From NCBI GenBank assembly GCA_046758505.1, contig JBHIAH010000003.1, positions 1 to 64,000 of the forward strand: a stretch of 64,000 nucleotides of DNA. Reading direction: 5' to 3'. Below the pieces are notes generated by a model. The model did not search any database. It saw only the letters and a program-made list of their open reading frames with translations, and was not told the origin of the DNA. Made by a program: the position numbers and the translations under genes. Origin of the DNA: Candidatus Methylomirabilales bacterium. Its GTDB lineage: Bacteria > Methylomirabilota > Methylomirabilia > Methylomirabilales > CSP1-5. The number at the start of each line of letters is the position of its first letter. Within the stretch, counting starts at the first letter, position 1. Below are positions 54,603 through 64,000 of the stretch, one piece after another.

Positions 54603-55418
54603 ATGAAGAAGACGAAAGGCGAGATCAATGAGGGCCGCTTCACGGTCCCGTATAGAATCTATGGGGACGCCGAGAAGAGCATCGTCTGTGTCAGTGGCGC
54701 CCAGCAAACCATGGCCATATGGCGGTCCTTCGTATTACACTTCTCCAGGGACTATCGTGTCGTCGTTTTCGATCCTCCGGGGCAGGGGCACGCACGGATT
54801 CTGTCCGGCCCCACCGCTATATCTTTAGACGAACAGGTCGAGGTGCTCCGTAAGATCGTGTTCGCAACGCATCGTGATGATCCGGTGATCCTCGCGGCGG
54901 CTTCCTGGGGAACCATTGTGGCGGCCGGGTTTACGGCGCGATACCCTGGGATGGTCCGCAAACTTCTGCTCGGCAGCTTCGGGATCAAACCGAATAAGAA
55001 GATGCTCGATATCATCAAAGAAGGGCAAACGTTGCATGAACAGAAGCGAGGTCATCAGATCGCTCAATTGATTGTAGAAAATTTCGGACACCGATTGAAT
55101 GATACTTACAAGAACAGAATACTTGACCAGTTCCTCCGCATGGACCAGGAGCAGTTTGGGTCATTTTACGCAATGTCTGAGCTCATAGAAAATGCAAGGG
55201 ACATCAACGATCACGTGCCATTACACAATATTACAGCACAGACCTTGGTCATCAACGGTGAATACGATGACATTATTGATCTGGAGGATGCTGACATTGT
55301 GGCCACTCGCATCCCCGATTGCGAAGTCAGAATTGTGCAAGGGGCCGGACATTTTTTACATCATGAACGCGAACGGGACGACATTCTGCAGATGTACGGT
55401 GAGTTCTTTTCTCGATGA
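54603..55418 (+). CDS. Alpha/beta hydrolase, RhlA/PhaG-like
   Basis: VSGA..T, VVVFDPPGQG, DEQVEVL, ASWG nucleophile elbow, INGEYD...EDA, GAGHFL; GGGAG RBS. Confidence 0.75.
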   Translation: MKKTKGEINEGRFTVPYRIYGDAEKSIVCVSGAQQTMAIWRSFVLHFSRDYRVVVFDPPGQGHARILSGPTAISLDEQVEVLRKIVFATHRDDPVILAAASWGTIVAAGFTARYPGMVRKLLLGSFGIKPNKKMLDIIKEGQTLHEQKRGHQIAQLIVENFGHRLNDTYKNRILDQFLRMDQEQFGSFYAMSELIENARDINDHVPLHNITAQTLVINGEYDDIIDLEDADIVATRIPDCEVRIVQGAGHFLHHERERDDILQMYGEFFSR

Positions 55419-55491
55419 CGCTCCCCGTTGCGGGAGGTGGTGCGGCGTGTCGTGCCCCAACATGTGACCGAGCCGGGCAGCGACGGGGCCG

Positions 55492-56133
55492 TCACACCGA
55501 GGAGATACCGTGCTTGGCTGCAAACTGGATCAATTCCGCATTCGTGCGCAGTCCGAGATCTTCCATCATGCGGTACTTGTGAAATTCCACCGTCCTGGGA
55601 GATATATTCAGATGAGAGGCGATTTCCTTTGCGGACCAACCTTCGGCGATCAACTGGAGCACCTCGCGCTGCCGAAGTGTCAGTTTGTGAAGGGGATCGT
55701 CGCGTTGGCGGGATCGATCCATGAAAGACTGGAGCACATCTTTCGCAATCATGGGGGTCACATACGTCCGGCCCCTCAGGGCTTCACGAATCGCCGCGAT
55801 CAGTTCGGAGGGTGCCGAGTGTTTCAAGACGTAACCCGATGCGCCGGCTTCAAAGGCCCGCGTCGCATACGTCACATCAGGGTGCATGGTTAAAAAGATG
55901 ACCTTCGCCCGCGAGTCGGCCTTCTTGAGTTGTCGGGCGGCTTCGATGCCGTTGAGCAACGGCATGGAAATGTCCGCCACGATCACATCCGGATCCAGCT
56001 CCTTTGCCGCCCCCACCAGCGCCCGGCCGTCTTCTACGGTCCCTACGAGCTCGAACTCCGGTTCCAGAAGACTTCGGAGTCCCTCGACGACGATCCTGTG
56101 ATCATCGGCCAGAAGCACGCGCGGCCGTTTCAT
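55492..56133 (-). CDS. NarL/FixJ-family response regulator
   Basis: LLADDH, ADISMP, FLTMH, GYVLK, plus C-terminal LuxR HTH; ATGA overlap with the kinase. Confidence 0.94.
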   Translation of the reverse strand: MKRPRVLLADDHRIVVEGLRSLLEPEFELVGTVEDGRALVGAAKELDPDVIVADISMPLLNGIEAARQLKKADSRAKVIFLTMHPDVTYATRAFEAGASGYVLKHSAPSELIAAIREALRGRTYVTPMIAKDVLQSFMDRSRQRDDPLHKLTLRQREVLQLIAEGWSAKEIASHLNISPRTVEFHKYRMMEDLGLRTNAELIQFAAKHGISSV

Positions 56134-58145
56134 ACCTCCCTCCTCGTCAAAGGTACGCGGACCTCGATCGCTGTCCCTTGTCCCGGCCGAGACTGCACGA
56201 ACAGTTCGCCCTCAACCAGCCGGGCTCGCTCTTCCATGCTGGCCAAGCCCAGCCCCGCTTTCCCGCGCACGTGCGCGGGATCGAACCCGACGCCAGCATC
56301 CTCGATGGAGAGAAGGATATCGCTGCCGTTTCCCGCCAGGCTGATATGAGCCTTCTTCGTTTGAGCATGTTTTGCGATGTTCCTCAGACCTTCTTGTGCA
56401 ATGCGATATAAACAGAGGGCCACATCCCGGGGAAGGCCCGGGGGGACATCCTGTGGCTCATACTTGACCGAGATACCTTCCCGCTGCGAAAAGCTGCTGC
56501 ACTCGGCCTCGATCGCGTTGACCAATCCCAGATCATCGAGGATCGAGGGGTGAAGCTGGCGAGAGATGACATGGACATCCGCAGATAGCTTCACCACTTG
56601 CTCTTTCATTTTCCGAAGCTTCCCAACGATGGGATCTCCTGATGACTCCAGATGTTGTTCGAGCTTCCCGGCTTCGATGGCAAGCACGGCCAATCTTTGG
56701 GTCAAATCGTCGTGGAGCTCGCGGGCCAACCGCCGACGCTCCTCTTCCTGGGCGGACAGCAGTTTCCCCGTGAGCATGTGGAGACCCTTTTCGCTCTTTC
56801 GAAGGGCCGCCTCGCTCTCCCGGAGCGCCTCGTCAGCCCGCTTGCGCTCGGTGATGTCCCGCCAGACCGACCGGCTTTGGACAATCCTCCCTTCCTCGTC
56901 CCGGACCGCAGAGACGCTCAAGCTCACTCCAAGCTTACTCCCATCTTTCCGTCTCAATTGAAGTTCCCTGTCACGCACCTCCCCGGCCTCCTGGAATTCC
57001 TGGAATGTTTCCTTTGCGTCCTCCAGGCAATCGAGGTGGTACATCTCAAAGATGTGGCGACTGAGAATCTCTTCCTTCGCGTATCCCGTCTTGGCCACCA
57101 ACATCCGGTTGCACCGCGCGATTGCCCCCGTTGCTGCATCCACCGAACAAAACATGTCTGGCGCGTTCTCGTAAAGATCTCGATATTGTTCTTCGGACAC
57201 CCGCAGTGCCTGCTCCGCCCGCTTGCGATGCACAATTTCAGCCTCAAGGTCTCGACTGGTTTCTGTGAGTTCCTGGGTGCGAAACTCCACTTCTCGGCGA
57301 AGGACGGCCGGCTGTCGGACGAGGTAATAGATGAGACCCGCAACCGCACTGCTCGCCAGGACCACCAGGACGATCTCTCCCGGCAGCGACGATGAGTAGG
57401 GCCATCCGCCCCGGGGCGCGACCGCCAACGTCCATCTTCCATTCGGTACTTCGATCTCAAACGGAATGGCGTCCCGGAGGTCCGCCTTGGCCGACCGCGC
57501 AAATACGACCCGCGCTCTTCTGTCCGGGTCAATGCGCGAGAGTTCATAGTCGTAGCCCCGCTCAACCAGGCGGTTCAGCTTGCTTACCTCAAGCAAGTCG
57601 GCCAGGTGAATCAGGGCGATCGTGAAGCCCCAGAATCGGTCGCCCCCAGTTTCATCGGGGACAAAAACTGGCAAGCGGCCGATGACAGCCACGCCACCCT
57701 GAATCAAGGTGAATGGTCCGGCCAGCGTCAATGTGCGCGATTCAATCGCCTTCCAGGCCTCGGTCCGCCGCCGGGGGTCGTTCAAGAGGTCATGGCCGAT
57801 CGCCGCTTCGTTGCCCGCCAACGGATATATCTGCGTGACCACGCTGTTGGGTGCCAGCTGTAAGCTATTGATCCCTCCATAGCTTTTGATGATCTCGGCC
57901 GCGAGGGCGTCGAAGTTATCGATCCTTCCGCTCTGGTGCACAATCGAGGCGAGGGCAAACGTCGATGACAGCGAGCGGTCGAGTTGCCGCTCCAGCAGAT
58001 GGGCGTGGGCACTGCCGATCTCCCTGGTCATGTGGTGGTATGCATCGGCATGGCGACGCTCGGCGACATTGGTAAAGGCGCCTCCGGCCGCCAGTACCAC
58101 GAAAAACGCGATGGCCGACAGAAATACCGGGTGAAGTTTAGTCAC
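56130..58145 (-). CDS. CHASE-PAS sensor histidine kinase (HisKA_3 type)
   Basis: Two TM helices around YPLAGNEAAIGHDL...LAGPFTLIQGG (CHASE); PAS/PAC ending RDITERK; ERRRLARELHD, QEGLRNIAKHA, DAGVGF, GLGL. Confidence 0.92.
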   Translation of the reverse strand: MTKLHPVFLSAIAFFVVLAAGGAFTNVAERRHADAYHHMTREIGSAHAHLLERQLDRSLSSTFALASIVHQSGRIDNFDALAAEIIKSYGGINSLQLAPNSVVTQIYPLAGNEAAIGHDLLNDPRRRTEAWKAIESRTLTLAGPFTLIQGGVAVIGRLPVFVPDETGGDRFWGFTIALIHLADLLEVSKLNRLVERGYDYELSRIDPDRRARVVFARSAKADLRDAIPFEIEVPNGRWTLAVAPRGGWPYSSSLPGEIVLVVLASSAVAGLIYYLVRQPAVLRREVEFRTQELTETSRDLEAEIVHRKRAEQALRVSEEQYRDLYENAPDMFCSVDAATGAIARCNRMLVAKTGYAKEEILSRHIFEMYHLDCLEDAKETFQEFQEAGEVRDRELQLRRKDGSKLGVSLSVSAVRDEEGRIVQSRSVWRDITERKRADEALRESEAALRKSEKGLHMLTGKLLSAQEEERRRLARELHDDLTQRLAVLAIEAGKLEQHLESSGDPIVGKLRKMKEQVVKLSADVHVISRQLHPSILDDLGLVNAIEAECSSFSQREGISVKYEPQDVPPGLPRDVALCLYRIAQEGLRNIAKHAQTKKAHISLAGNGSDILLSIEDAGVGFDPAHVRGKAGLGLASMEERARLVEGELFVQSRPGQGTAIEVRVPLTRREV

Positions 58146-58285
58146 AATGAAGGTCCGGTCAGACGTTGGCTTGGTATCCCACGTCCTCGGTACTCGATCC
58201 GGGCCCGCCGCGTCCCATACATCCGGACGGCGCGCCCTGGATCGACGACGACTTTTGCATACCCCCCCTTTCCGGGAGGAGATTC

Positions 58286-58314
58286 AGTATGCCCGGCGGG
58301 GCAACGAGTGTCAA
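58286..58314 (-). promoter_or_regulatory. Sigma70-type promoter for the kinase/regulator pair
   Basis: TTGACA-N17-CATACT on the minus strand. Confidence 0.65.
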
Positions 58315-58338
58315 GGCATGTCCCCATTCGTGTTGAGC

Positions 58339-58743
58339 TCATCTGCCGGAGCGCCTTCGACCTAGGAAAATTCCCAGGAACAACCCGATGATCAAGGCCC
58401 CGGCCCATTTCCTCTCGTCCCCAATCGCTACGAACCGGGTGCCTTCCGACGTCACCTCCACGACCCCGACGGGGCTGGCGGTCAACCCTGCCCCTCCGCC
58501 CTCCTCAGCCCCCTCGTTCTGTGCCTTGCTTTCACCCTTCTTCTTTTTGTTTCTGGAACACCCACAGAAGCCATACGCCACGCGAGCCACAGGAACAATG
58601 GTCTTGCCCTCAGCCACCATGGGTTCTCCATACACGGTCTTGACATTGGCACTCTTCTGCAAACGCTCCCCGAGGGACTGGAAAAACTGTTGGATGCTCA
58701 CGACATCGCTCCTCATGACAGAAGGTTTTGCCAGCACGCTCAT
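58339..58743 (-). CDS. YtfJ/GerW-family protein
   Basis: VKTVYGEP...KTIVPVARVAYGF, GGGAG...PVGVVEV; C-terminal TM helix. Confidence 0.8.
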   Translation of the reverse strand: MSVLAKPSVMRSDVVSIQQFFQSLGERLQKSANVKTVYGEPMVAEGKTIVPVARVAYGFCGCSRNKKKKGESKAQNEGAEEGGGAGLTASPVGVVEVTSEGTRFVAIGDERKWAGALIIGLFLGIFLGRRRSGR

Positions 58744-58946
58744 GGCTCCTCATTGCAGAACCCCTGATCGGGCGGGCGTCCGTTTCTCAGGGGATTCTTC
58801 GGGAGATTTTCCGCCGCTCCCGAAAGCCATGCCCGTCCTCCCCCCTCGCGATCCTCAACCCGCCTTTCCCCGGTGTCTCCGTGGGGCGGCCATTATACAC
58901 CAAGACCCCGCTATTCTTCTCAGGTCCCCCACGGCGCCCACTGTCG

Positions 58947-60326
58947 CTAGGCAGAGCGCGGATCCAGCGTCACCAAGACACCATGCCGCGGCCGGAGGGC
59001 GATCATCGGGTGCGGCTCGACCGGGTGGCCAGGGACGGGGGCCAGCCGGTAAATCTGAGCCACCATCGCCACAATCAGCTGGGCTTCCATCAGGGCAAAG
59101 TGCATGCCCATGCACATGCGCGGCCCGCCCCCAAAGGGAAAATAGGCGTACCGCGGGCGCGACGCGACCCGCTCTGGCGTAAAGCGCTCCGGGTCGAAGG
59201 CCTCGGGATCCTCCCAGAAGGCCGGGTGGCGGTGCATCACATACGGGCTGAGCAGGACCACGGAGTCTGCGGGGATATGATAGCCGCCGATCTCATCATC
59301 TTCGATCGGGCTGCGCGCGGTGAGCCAAGTCGGGGGGTAGAGCCGCATCGCCTCCTCGATCACCATCCGGACGTACGGAAGGTGGGCAAGGTCGTGAAAG
59401 GCCGGGGCCCCCCCGCCCAGGACCGCGGCGAGTTTCCCGTGAAGCCGGCGTTGCATGTGGGGGTACATGGTAAGCAAGTGCCAGGTCCACGCCAGCGCAT
59501 TGGCCGTCGGTTCGTGTCCAGCGATAAAGAGTGTCATCACCTGGTCACGGACTTCCGCATCGCTCAGCCCCTCACCCGTCTCCGCGTCGCGCGCGGACAG
59601 CAGCATGGAAAGGAGGTCGCCGGTCTCGTGCGCGCTTTTGCGGCGGGCGGCGATCATGCGGTACGCGATCCGGTCCAGGGTGCGCAGGGCATGCCGAAAC
59701 TGCCGGTTGCGGGGCGTGGGCATGTGCTCGCCCAGATCGCAAAAGGCCCATGCCCGATCGTTGACATACTCCAGGGCAATTGTCAGGGCGCGGCGCACCG
59801 CGTCCACCTCCCCCTCTACGTCGGTACTGAAGAGCGTTTTGACGGCGATGCCCTGGGTTAGACGCATCATCTCAGCCGCAATATCGAGCGCCTCGCCCCG
59901 CGCCGCGACGGCCCGCCAACGCTCCAGCATCGTCGCCGTGGCGTCGGTCATAACCCGAGCCAGCGCCGCGATCCGCTGCGGAGAAAAGGCCGGTTCCATC
60001 AGGTGCCGTTGGCGACGCCAGAGGTCGCCCTCGCTCACGGTCACCCCCTCGCCGAAGAGGACCTTGACCTTTTCGACGCGCGTCGGTTTGCGGTAGTTGC
60101 GGTAATGGTCCTGCAGAACGTATTTCACGTGGTCGGGGTGGTTTAGCAGGTAGACCCGGTGAAACCCCAGACGCAGGGAGACCACATCGCCATACTGCCG
60201 CGCAGCACCGAGGAAGAACTCGAGCGGGTTCTTCCACGCCTGGGGCAGCACACCCAGAAGGGGGAAGCCGCGGGGGCCGGGGGCAGCCTTGAGCGCGGGG
60301 ACACCGGGTGAGAGAACGCTGCTCAT
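58947..60326 (-). CDS. Cytochrome P450
   Basis: AGHEPT I-helix, EAMR (ExxR), PERF, FGGGPRMCMG heme motif. Confidence 0.95.
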   Translation of the reverse strand: MSSVLSPGVPALKAAPGPRGFPLLGVLPQAWKNPLEFFLGAARQYGDVVSLRLGFHRVYLLNHPDHVKYVLQDHYRNYRKPTRVEKVKVLFGEGVTVSEGDLWRRQRHLMEPAFSPQRIAALARVMTDATATMLERWRAVAARGEALDIAAEMMRLTQGIAVKTLFSTDVEGEVDAVRRALTIALEYVNDRAWAFCDLGEHMPTPRNRQFRHALRTLDRIAYRMIAARRKSAHETGDLLSMLLSARDAETGEGLSDAEVRDQVMTLFIAGHEPTANALAWTWHLLTMYPHMQRRLHGKLAAVLGGGAPAFHDLAHLPYVRMVIEEAMRLYPPTWLTARSPIEDDEIGGYHIPADSVVLLSPYVMHRHPAFWEDPEAFDPERFTPERVASRPRYAYFPFGGGPRMCMGMHFALMEAQLIVAMVAQIYRLAPVPGHPVEPHPMIALRPRHGVLVTLDPRSA

Positions 60327-60355
60327 TATCTTCTCTCTACTCTATCCGGCAAACG

Positions 60356-61219
60356 CTACGTTCTATCCAGAGCCATCTCGATCCGCGCGTGGTGGGCACG
60401 GATCGGATCAAGGAATCCCACCCTTGCCGGATCGTTGGTACGGAGCCTCAGGGCATACGGGCCCTCTCCCCGGTCGTTCAGGGCGTCACAAAGAGGACCC
60501 CCTTTCCCCGGCGGCTCGGCCAGGGAAAGGGAGGTAGAGCCGAGGACAAAGTCCACCGTGGGCACGTCCCGCCATCGCGGGGCAGCGTCCCGCGAAGGGC
60601 CCACACCGAGCAGCGTGTGATACCGGGATACACTGATATCACGGTTAACCACCAGTACTAAGACGTCTGTAATCCCCGTCACGCCGCTCCCGTGCCGCCG
60701 GGCGGCGCCACCGGGGACACGCAACGACCTCGGCGTCACATCGGCACACAGAAAGGGCAGATCGTAGGTGTCGGGAATGCCGAACTGCCAGGAGACCTGC
60801 TGCCCATCCGGCCGCGATCGGCCTCCGGACAGGGGGCCCTCAACGGCAAGCCCGCGACCCCGCGCTTCGGCGACCGCCGCCTCGATCGCCGACGGGAGCA
60901 GCGCAAAGTCCACCAACCCCTCCCCGGCACTTTGCCACGGTCGCACGCGGCGCTCGGCGGGTGACACCGGAAGGGTGCTTAATTCATGCGCGCGGATCTG
61001 TTTCGGGACTCTGCGATCCGGAGAGGCGGGCCGGTCTGTGAAGGCGATCAACTCCAGGTAGCTACCGTCCGCAAAGGCGATCAGTGCGTTATGGCTTCCC
61101 CGGCCCGTATGCTCACCCCCCGCGACGACGGAAAAGCCGAGACCAGCGTAGTCCTCGGTCGCGACGGCAAGGTCGTCAACCAGGATGACGACATGGTCGA
61201 GGCGAAACGTGACTCCCAT
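60356..61219 (-). CDS. VOC / glyoxalase-like protein
   Basis: LDHVVILVDDL, GGEH..SHNALI.F.DGSYLELI, RPDG...W, PFLC.D.TPR. Confidence 0.85.
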   Translation of the reverse strand: MGVTFRLDHVVILVDDLAVATEDYAGLGFSVVAGGEHTGRGSHNALIAFADGSYLELIAFTDRPASPDRRVPKQIRAHELSTLPVSPAERRVRPWQSAGEGLVDFALLPSAIEAAVAEARGRGLAVEGPLSGGRSRPDGQQVSWQFGIPDTYDLPFLCADVTPRSLRVPGGAARRHGSGVTGITDVLVLVVNRDISVSRYHTLLGVGPSRDAAPRWRDVPTVDFVLGSTSLSLAEPPGKGGPLCDALNDRGEGPYALRLRTNDPARVGFLDPIRAHHARIEMALDRT

Positions 61220-61342
61220 TCCAGCTCACATGCGTTTGCGTTGCAGGTTACAGATTGGCACCGATGCCGGAACCCTCGCCGCTCACGTGCCGCCCCGGCG
61301 ATGCGGACCGTCTGGCCCAAAGGCGAGCCTCGCTGGTTCGGC

Positions 61343-62350
61343 TCACTTTCGCAAACGATCGACCGTCACCGCGTTGGGGCACGCACGCCCCTGTTCACAG
61401 TCACTCAGATTGGCGAGGGTCGTCTCGGCAATACTTCGAAGGGCCTGTTCCGTAAAAAAGGCCTGATGGCCGGTGATAATGACGTTTGGAAAGGTGAGCA
61501 GGCGCGCAAAGACATCATCCTGGATCACCCGACCGGACAGATCCTCGAAGAACAGATCCGCTTCTTCCTCGTAGACGTCCAGACCAAGATACCCGATTTG
61601 CCCCGACTTCAGGGCGTCAATGACCGCCCCAGTGTCAATGACGGCGCCGCGGCTCGTATTGATCAACATGACGCCGGGTTTCATCTGGCCCAGCACTGCA
61701 GGATTGATCAGATGATGCGTGTCAGGCGTCAGCGGGCAGTGCAGGGTCACGATATCCGATCTGGCGAGAAGCTCCGAGAGCGACACGTAATGCACGCCCA
61801 GCGCCTCACACTCGGGATTGCGGAAGGGATCGTGCGCCTGCAACTGACACCCAAATCCTTTCATGATTCGCGCAATGACGGCGCCGATCTTCCCCGTGCC
61901 CACGATTCCGACCGTCCGGCCGCAGAGGTCGAATCCCAGGAGCCCCTCGAGGGCAAAGTTGCCTTCTCGAACCCGGGCATGGGCTCGATGAATCTTTCGG
62001 TTAAGCGCCAGGATCAAGGCCACCGCGTGTTCGGCCACCGCGTGGGGTGAATAGGCGGGGACGCGCACAACGCTCAGTCCCAGGTCGGCGGCGGCTGCCA
62101 GATCCACGTTATTGAATCCGGCACAGCGCAGGGCAATCACGCGAGTCCCCTGGCGGGCAAGCGCCCCCAACACGCTCGCATCCAGCCGATCGTTCACGAA
62201 CACGCACACCGCCGGGAATCCCGCCGCGAGCGTGCTCGTCTCGTGCGTCAGATGCGGCTCGAAAAAGACAAGGCCGTGGCCGTGTGCCGCATTGGCGGCC
62301 TCCAGAAAGGTTCGATCGTAGGGCTTCGTGCTAAAGACTGCGACCTTCAT
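61343..62350 (-). CDS. ldhA: D-lactate dehydrogenase-like 2-hydroxyacid dehydrogenase
   Basis: [58 protein letters not shown]. Confidence 0.9.
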   Translation of the reverse strand: MKVAVFSTKPYDRTFLEAANAAHGHGLVFFEPHLTHETSTLAAGFPAVCVFVNDRLDASVLGALARQGTRVIALRCAGFNNVDLAAAADLGLSVVRVPAYSPHAVAEHAVALILALNRKIHRAHARVREGNFALEGLLGFDLCGRTVGIVGTGKIGAVIARIMKGFGCQLQAHDPFRNPECEALGVHYVSLSELLARSDIVTLHCPLTPDTHHLINPAVLGQMKPGVMLINTSRGAVIDTGAVIDALKSGQIGYLGLDVYEEEADLFFEDLSGRVIQDDVFARLLTFPNVIITGHQAFFTEQALRSIAETTLANLSDCEQGRACPNAVTVDRLRK

Positions 62351-62550
62351 AGCGTCTCCCGTATCCCCTCCCGCCCTACTTCGTCCAACGAGGGTAGCCC
62401 ATTCTCCGTTCCCCGGTCCGCCTGCAGCCATTCGACCCCTCGAATCGTTCAGCGCCACAAGGAATAATGGATCGCCGTTCCACTGCCGACTTTCTCCCTT
62501 CCCTGCCAGGTGTTCCGGATGCTCAGGAAAGGACGTGCCGGATCGTTCAC

Positions 62551-63516
62551 TTAGATATTGATCTCGATCACGGTCGGGCAGTGGTCGGATGCCTTGGGAT
62601 CATTTTGGCCAACCCCGTCGAACCTCGGACCCGTATATCGCGTCGCGCGCCTGGGCATGCCCCGCCGCTCGATCGCCGGGACCGCCTTCGGATTCGCACG
62701 CGCTAAGGCCTTTGAGAGCAAGAGGTAGTCGAGTTGCCTGTATTCACGCCTACCGTCATAGTAGTGTGTCCATCGCTCGTGCTCCGGCAAGCGCCCGACG
62801 ACGTTCTCCACCCATGGCTGCCCCAAGAGCGGCTCGAGGCCTGCCGAGGGGAGGTAGTCGTTGAGATCACCCAGCACCACCCACGCCGCCGTTCCCGGGT
62901 CGTTTCCAAACCGATCCTGCAGAATCCGACGGACCGCCTCGGCCTGCACCTTCCGCCGCGCCATCGTCCGGGCCCGCCCGCCGACCATGGATTTGAAGTG
63001 GTTCACGAACACCGGCAAGACGGTATGCCGGGAGAGCTGGATTCCCACCTCCAGGCAGTCCCGCGAGAACACAAAGCTCCTCCCCCCGCGGGTTCGCTCG
63101 AACTGGTGCGTGCGGATGTAGGCCAAAGGATACGTGCTCAAGAGCGCCACGTCGATGAGCCGCGGGTCGTTGCCGTCAATGAGCGCCTTGTACGTGTACC
63201 CGTGCCGCCCCAGAAACGCGCTGATAAATCGCTTCAGCGTGTCCATCCCCTCGATTTCTTGGAGACCGAGAATGTCCGCCTTGATCGCCTTCATGGCCTG
63301 CGCGGTGAGCTGCCGGTTTTGCTCCCTAAACGGCTTGAACCTGGTCTTATCAACCGTCCAGCCGTCCTTCACCACGTCCTGGAGCTCCTGCGGGCTGTAC
63401 GGCCGATAGCGGTAGCCCCGCCTGCCGTCAGGCTTTTGGTATCGCTCCCGCACCCCCTTGAACCGAAAACGGGCAAACAGGTTCTCCGCGTTGAACGTCC
63501 CGATGCGAACTTTCAT
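62551..63516 (-). CDS. Endonuclease/exonuclease/phosphatase family protein
   Basis: [42 protein letters not shown]. Confidence 0.9.
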   Translation of the reverse strand: MKVRIGTFNAENLFARFRFKGVRERYQKPDGRRGYRYRPYSPQELQDVVKDGWTVDKTRFKPFREQNRQLTAQAMKAIKADILGLQEIEGMDTLKRFISAFLGRHGYTYKALIDGNDPRLIDVALLSTYPLAYIRTHQFERTRGGRSFVFSRDCLEVGIQLSRHTVLPVFVNHFKSMVGGRARTMARRKVQAEAVRRILQDRFGNDPGTAAWVVLGDLNDYLPSAGLEPLLGQPWVENVVGRLPEHERWTHYYDGRREYRQLDYLLLSKALARANPKAVPAIERRGMPRRATRYTGPRFDGVGQNDPKASDHCPTVIEINI

Positions 63517-63549
63517 GGGTCTCCCTCTCGTTCCCCCTTCTGGACCATC

Positions 63550-64000
63550 TTACTCGGTGTCGCAAGGCGGGTTTTTGACCTTCAGGCTCTCGAGCGTCTG
63601 GGAGGTGAGGGCCGTCTCCAGTTTCCAGTGCGGATCCGCCTGGGCGTCCCCCTTCTTCATCAAGAGCCATTCCTTCCCTGTCCCCCGCCCCTTCATGAAC
63701 GCCAAGGCGAAGGCGCCCTTGAGTTTTTTTCCCCGAAGTTCAAAGGCGAGCTTCCCGGCCTTGATTCCTTCGAGGGGATCCCTCTCGAGCGGGACATAGG
63801 TCCCCTCGTCCCAGATGACCACAGGCCCCGCCCCATAGCTCCCCTCGGGGATGATCCCCTCAAAGTCGGCATACACCAGGGGATGGTCCGCCACCATCAC
63901 CGCCAGCCGCTTCTCCGCCGGATTCATGGACGGGCCCTTGGGGACCGCCCACGACTTGAGGACCCCCCCCATCTCCAGCCGGAAATCGTAATGGAGTCGG
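63550..64000 (-). CDS. LigD 3'-phosphoesterase-domain protein (5' end beyond the window)
   Basis: [28 protein letters not shown]...DHP, YGAG.V.IWD.G; stop at 63550 with no ligase domain after it. Confidence 0.88.
   Translation of the reverse strand, partial: RLHYDFRLEMGGVLKSWAVPKGPSMNPAEKRLAVMVADHPLVYADFEGIIPEGSYGAGPVVIWDEGTYVPLERDPLEGIKAGKLAFELRGKKLKGAFALAFMKGRGTGKEWLLMKKGDAQADPHWKLETALTSQTLESLKVKNPPCDTE

Noticed and set aside
58947..60326. P450 as a hopanoid-tailoring enzyme
   Set aside because: It lies ~11 kb from the cluster behind unrelated genes; no sequence evidence for the link.
1..64000. Many long antisense or alternate-frame ORFs (e.g. 9724-11028 -, 15580-16917 -, 17978-19129 +, 26567-27910 +, 60986-62050 +)
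   Set aside because: They overlap well-supported genes, lack motifs and have the composition expected of shadow ORFs in GC-rich DNA.
1..64000. Taxonomic assignment (resembles Methylomirabilota/Nitrospirota-type genomes)
   Set aside because: Impression only; no rRNA or other marker analysed, so it needs a phylogenetic search.

Overview
GC-rich window from a diderm bacterium (Mla, TolC and PagL-like genes; lineage cannot be fixed from sequence alone). It has about 60 genes; I saw no rRNA, tRNA, CRISPR array or transposase. Layout: (1) 53-5859, a minus-strand amino-sugar/cell-wall scavenging operon (M20 amidohydrolase, anmK, SIS protein, secreted nuclease, D-aminoacylase). (2) 7586-13246, an orphan lipoprotein plus large TPR-like protein, nadX and a purple acid phosphatase. 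(3) 13570-47869, a ~34 kb membrane-lipid supercluster: hopanoid synthesis (shc, hpnH, hpnG, hpnA, hpnD, ispA, ispH), a co-transcribed export operon (MlaEFD, TolC, two MlaC/HpnM, HpnN, PagL-like barrel), and two inositol-phosphate modules. One module is intact (ino1, CDP-alcohol transferase, Gfo/Idh/MocA dehydrogenase, class III aminotransferase, ATP-grasp protein with ITPK1-like motifs, nucleotidyltransferase, HAD, flippase-like protein). The other appears to be decaying (ino1 3' remnant, IPCT/DIPPS-type fusion, flippase-like protein, frameshifted radical SAM). (4) 51260-58145, a regulatory island: CHASE-PAS kinase, NarL-type regulator, a split paralogue of it, three copies of a 41-bp operator-like motif, a JmjC oxygenase and an RhlA/PhaG-like enzyme. 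(5) 58339-64000, mixed genes (P450, VOC, ldhA, EEP nuclease, LigD phosphoesterase domain). The best candidate new system is the inositol-phosphate/aminocyclitol headgroup operon attached to the hopanoid cluster. All family calls come from motif recognition by eye, not database searches.
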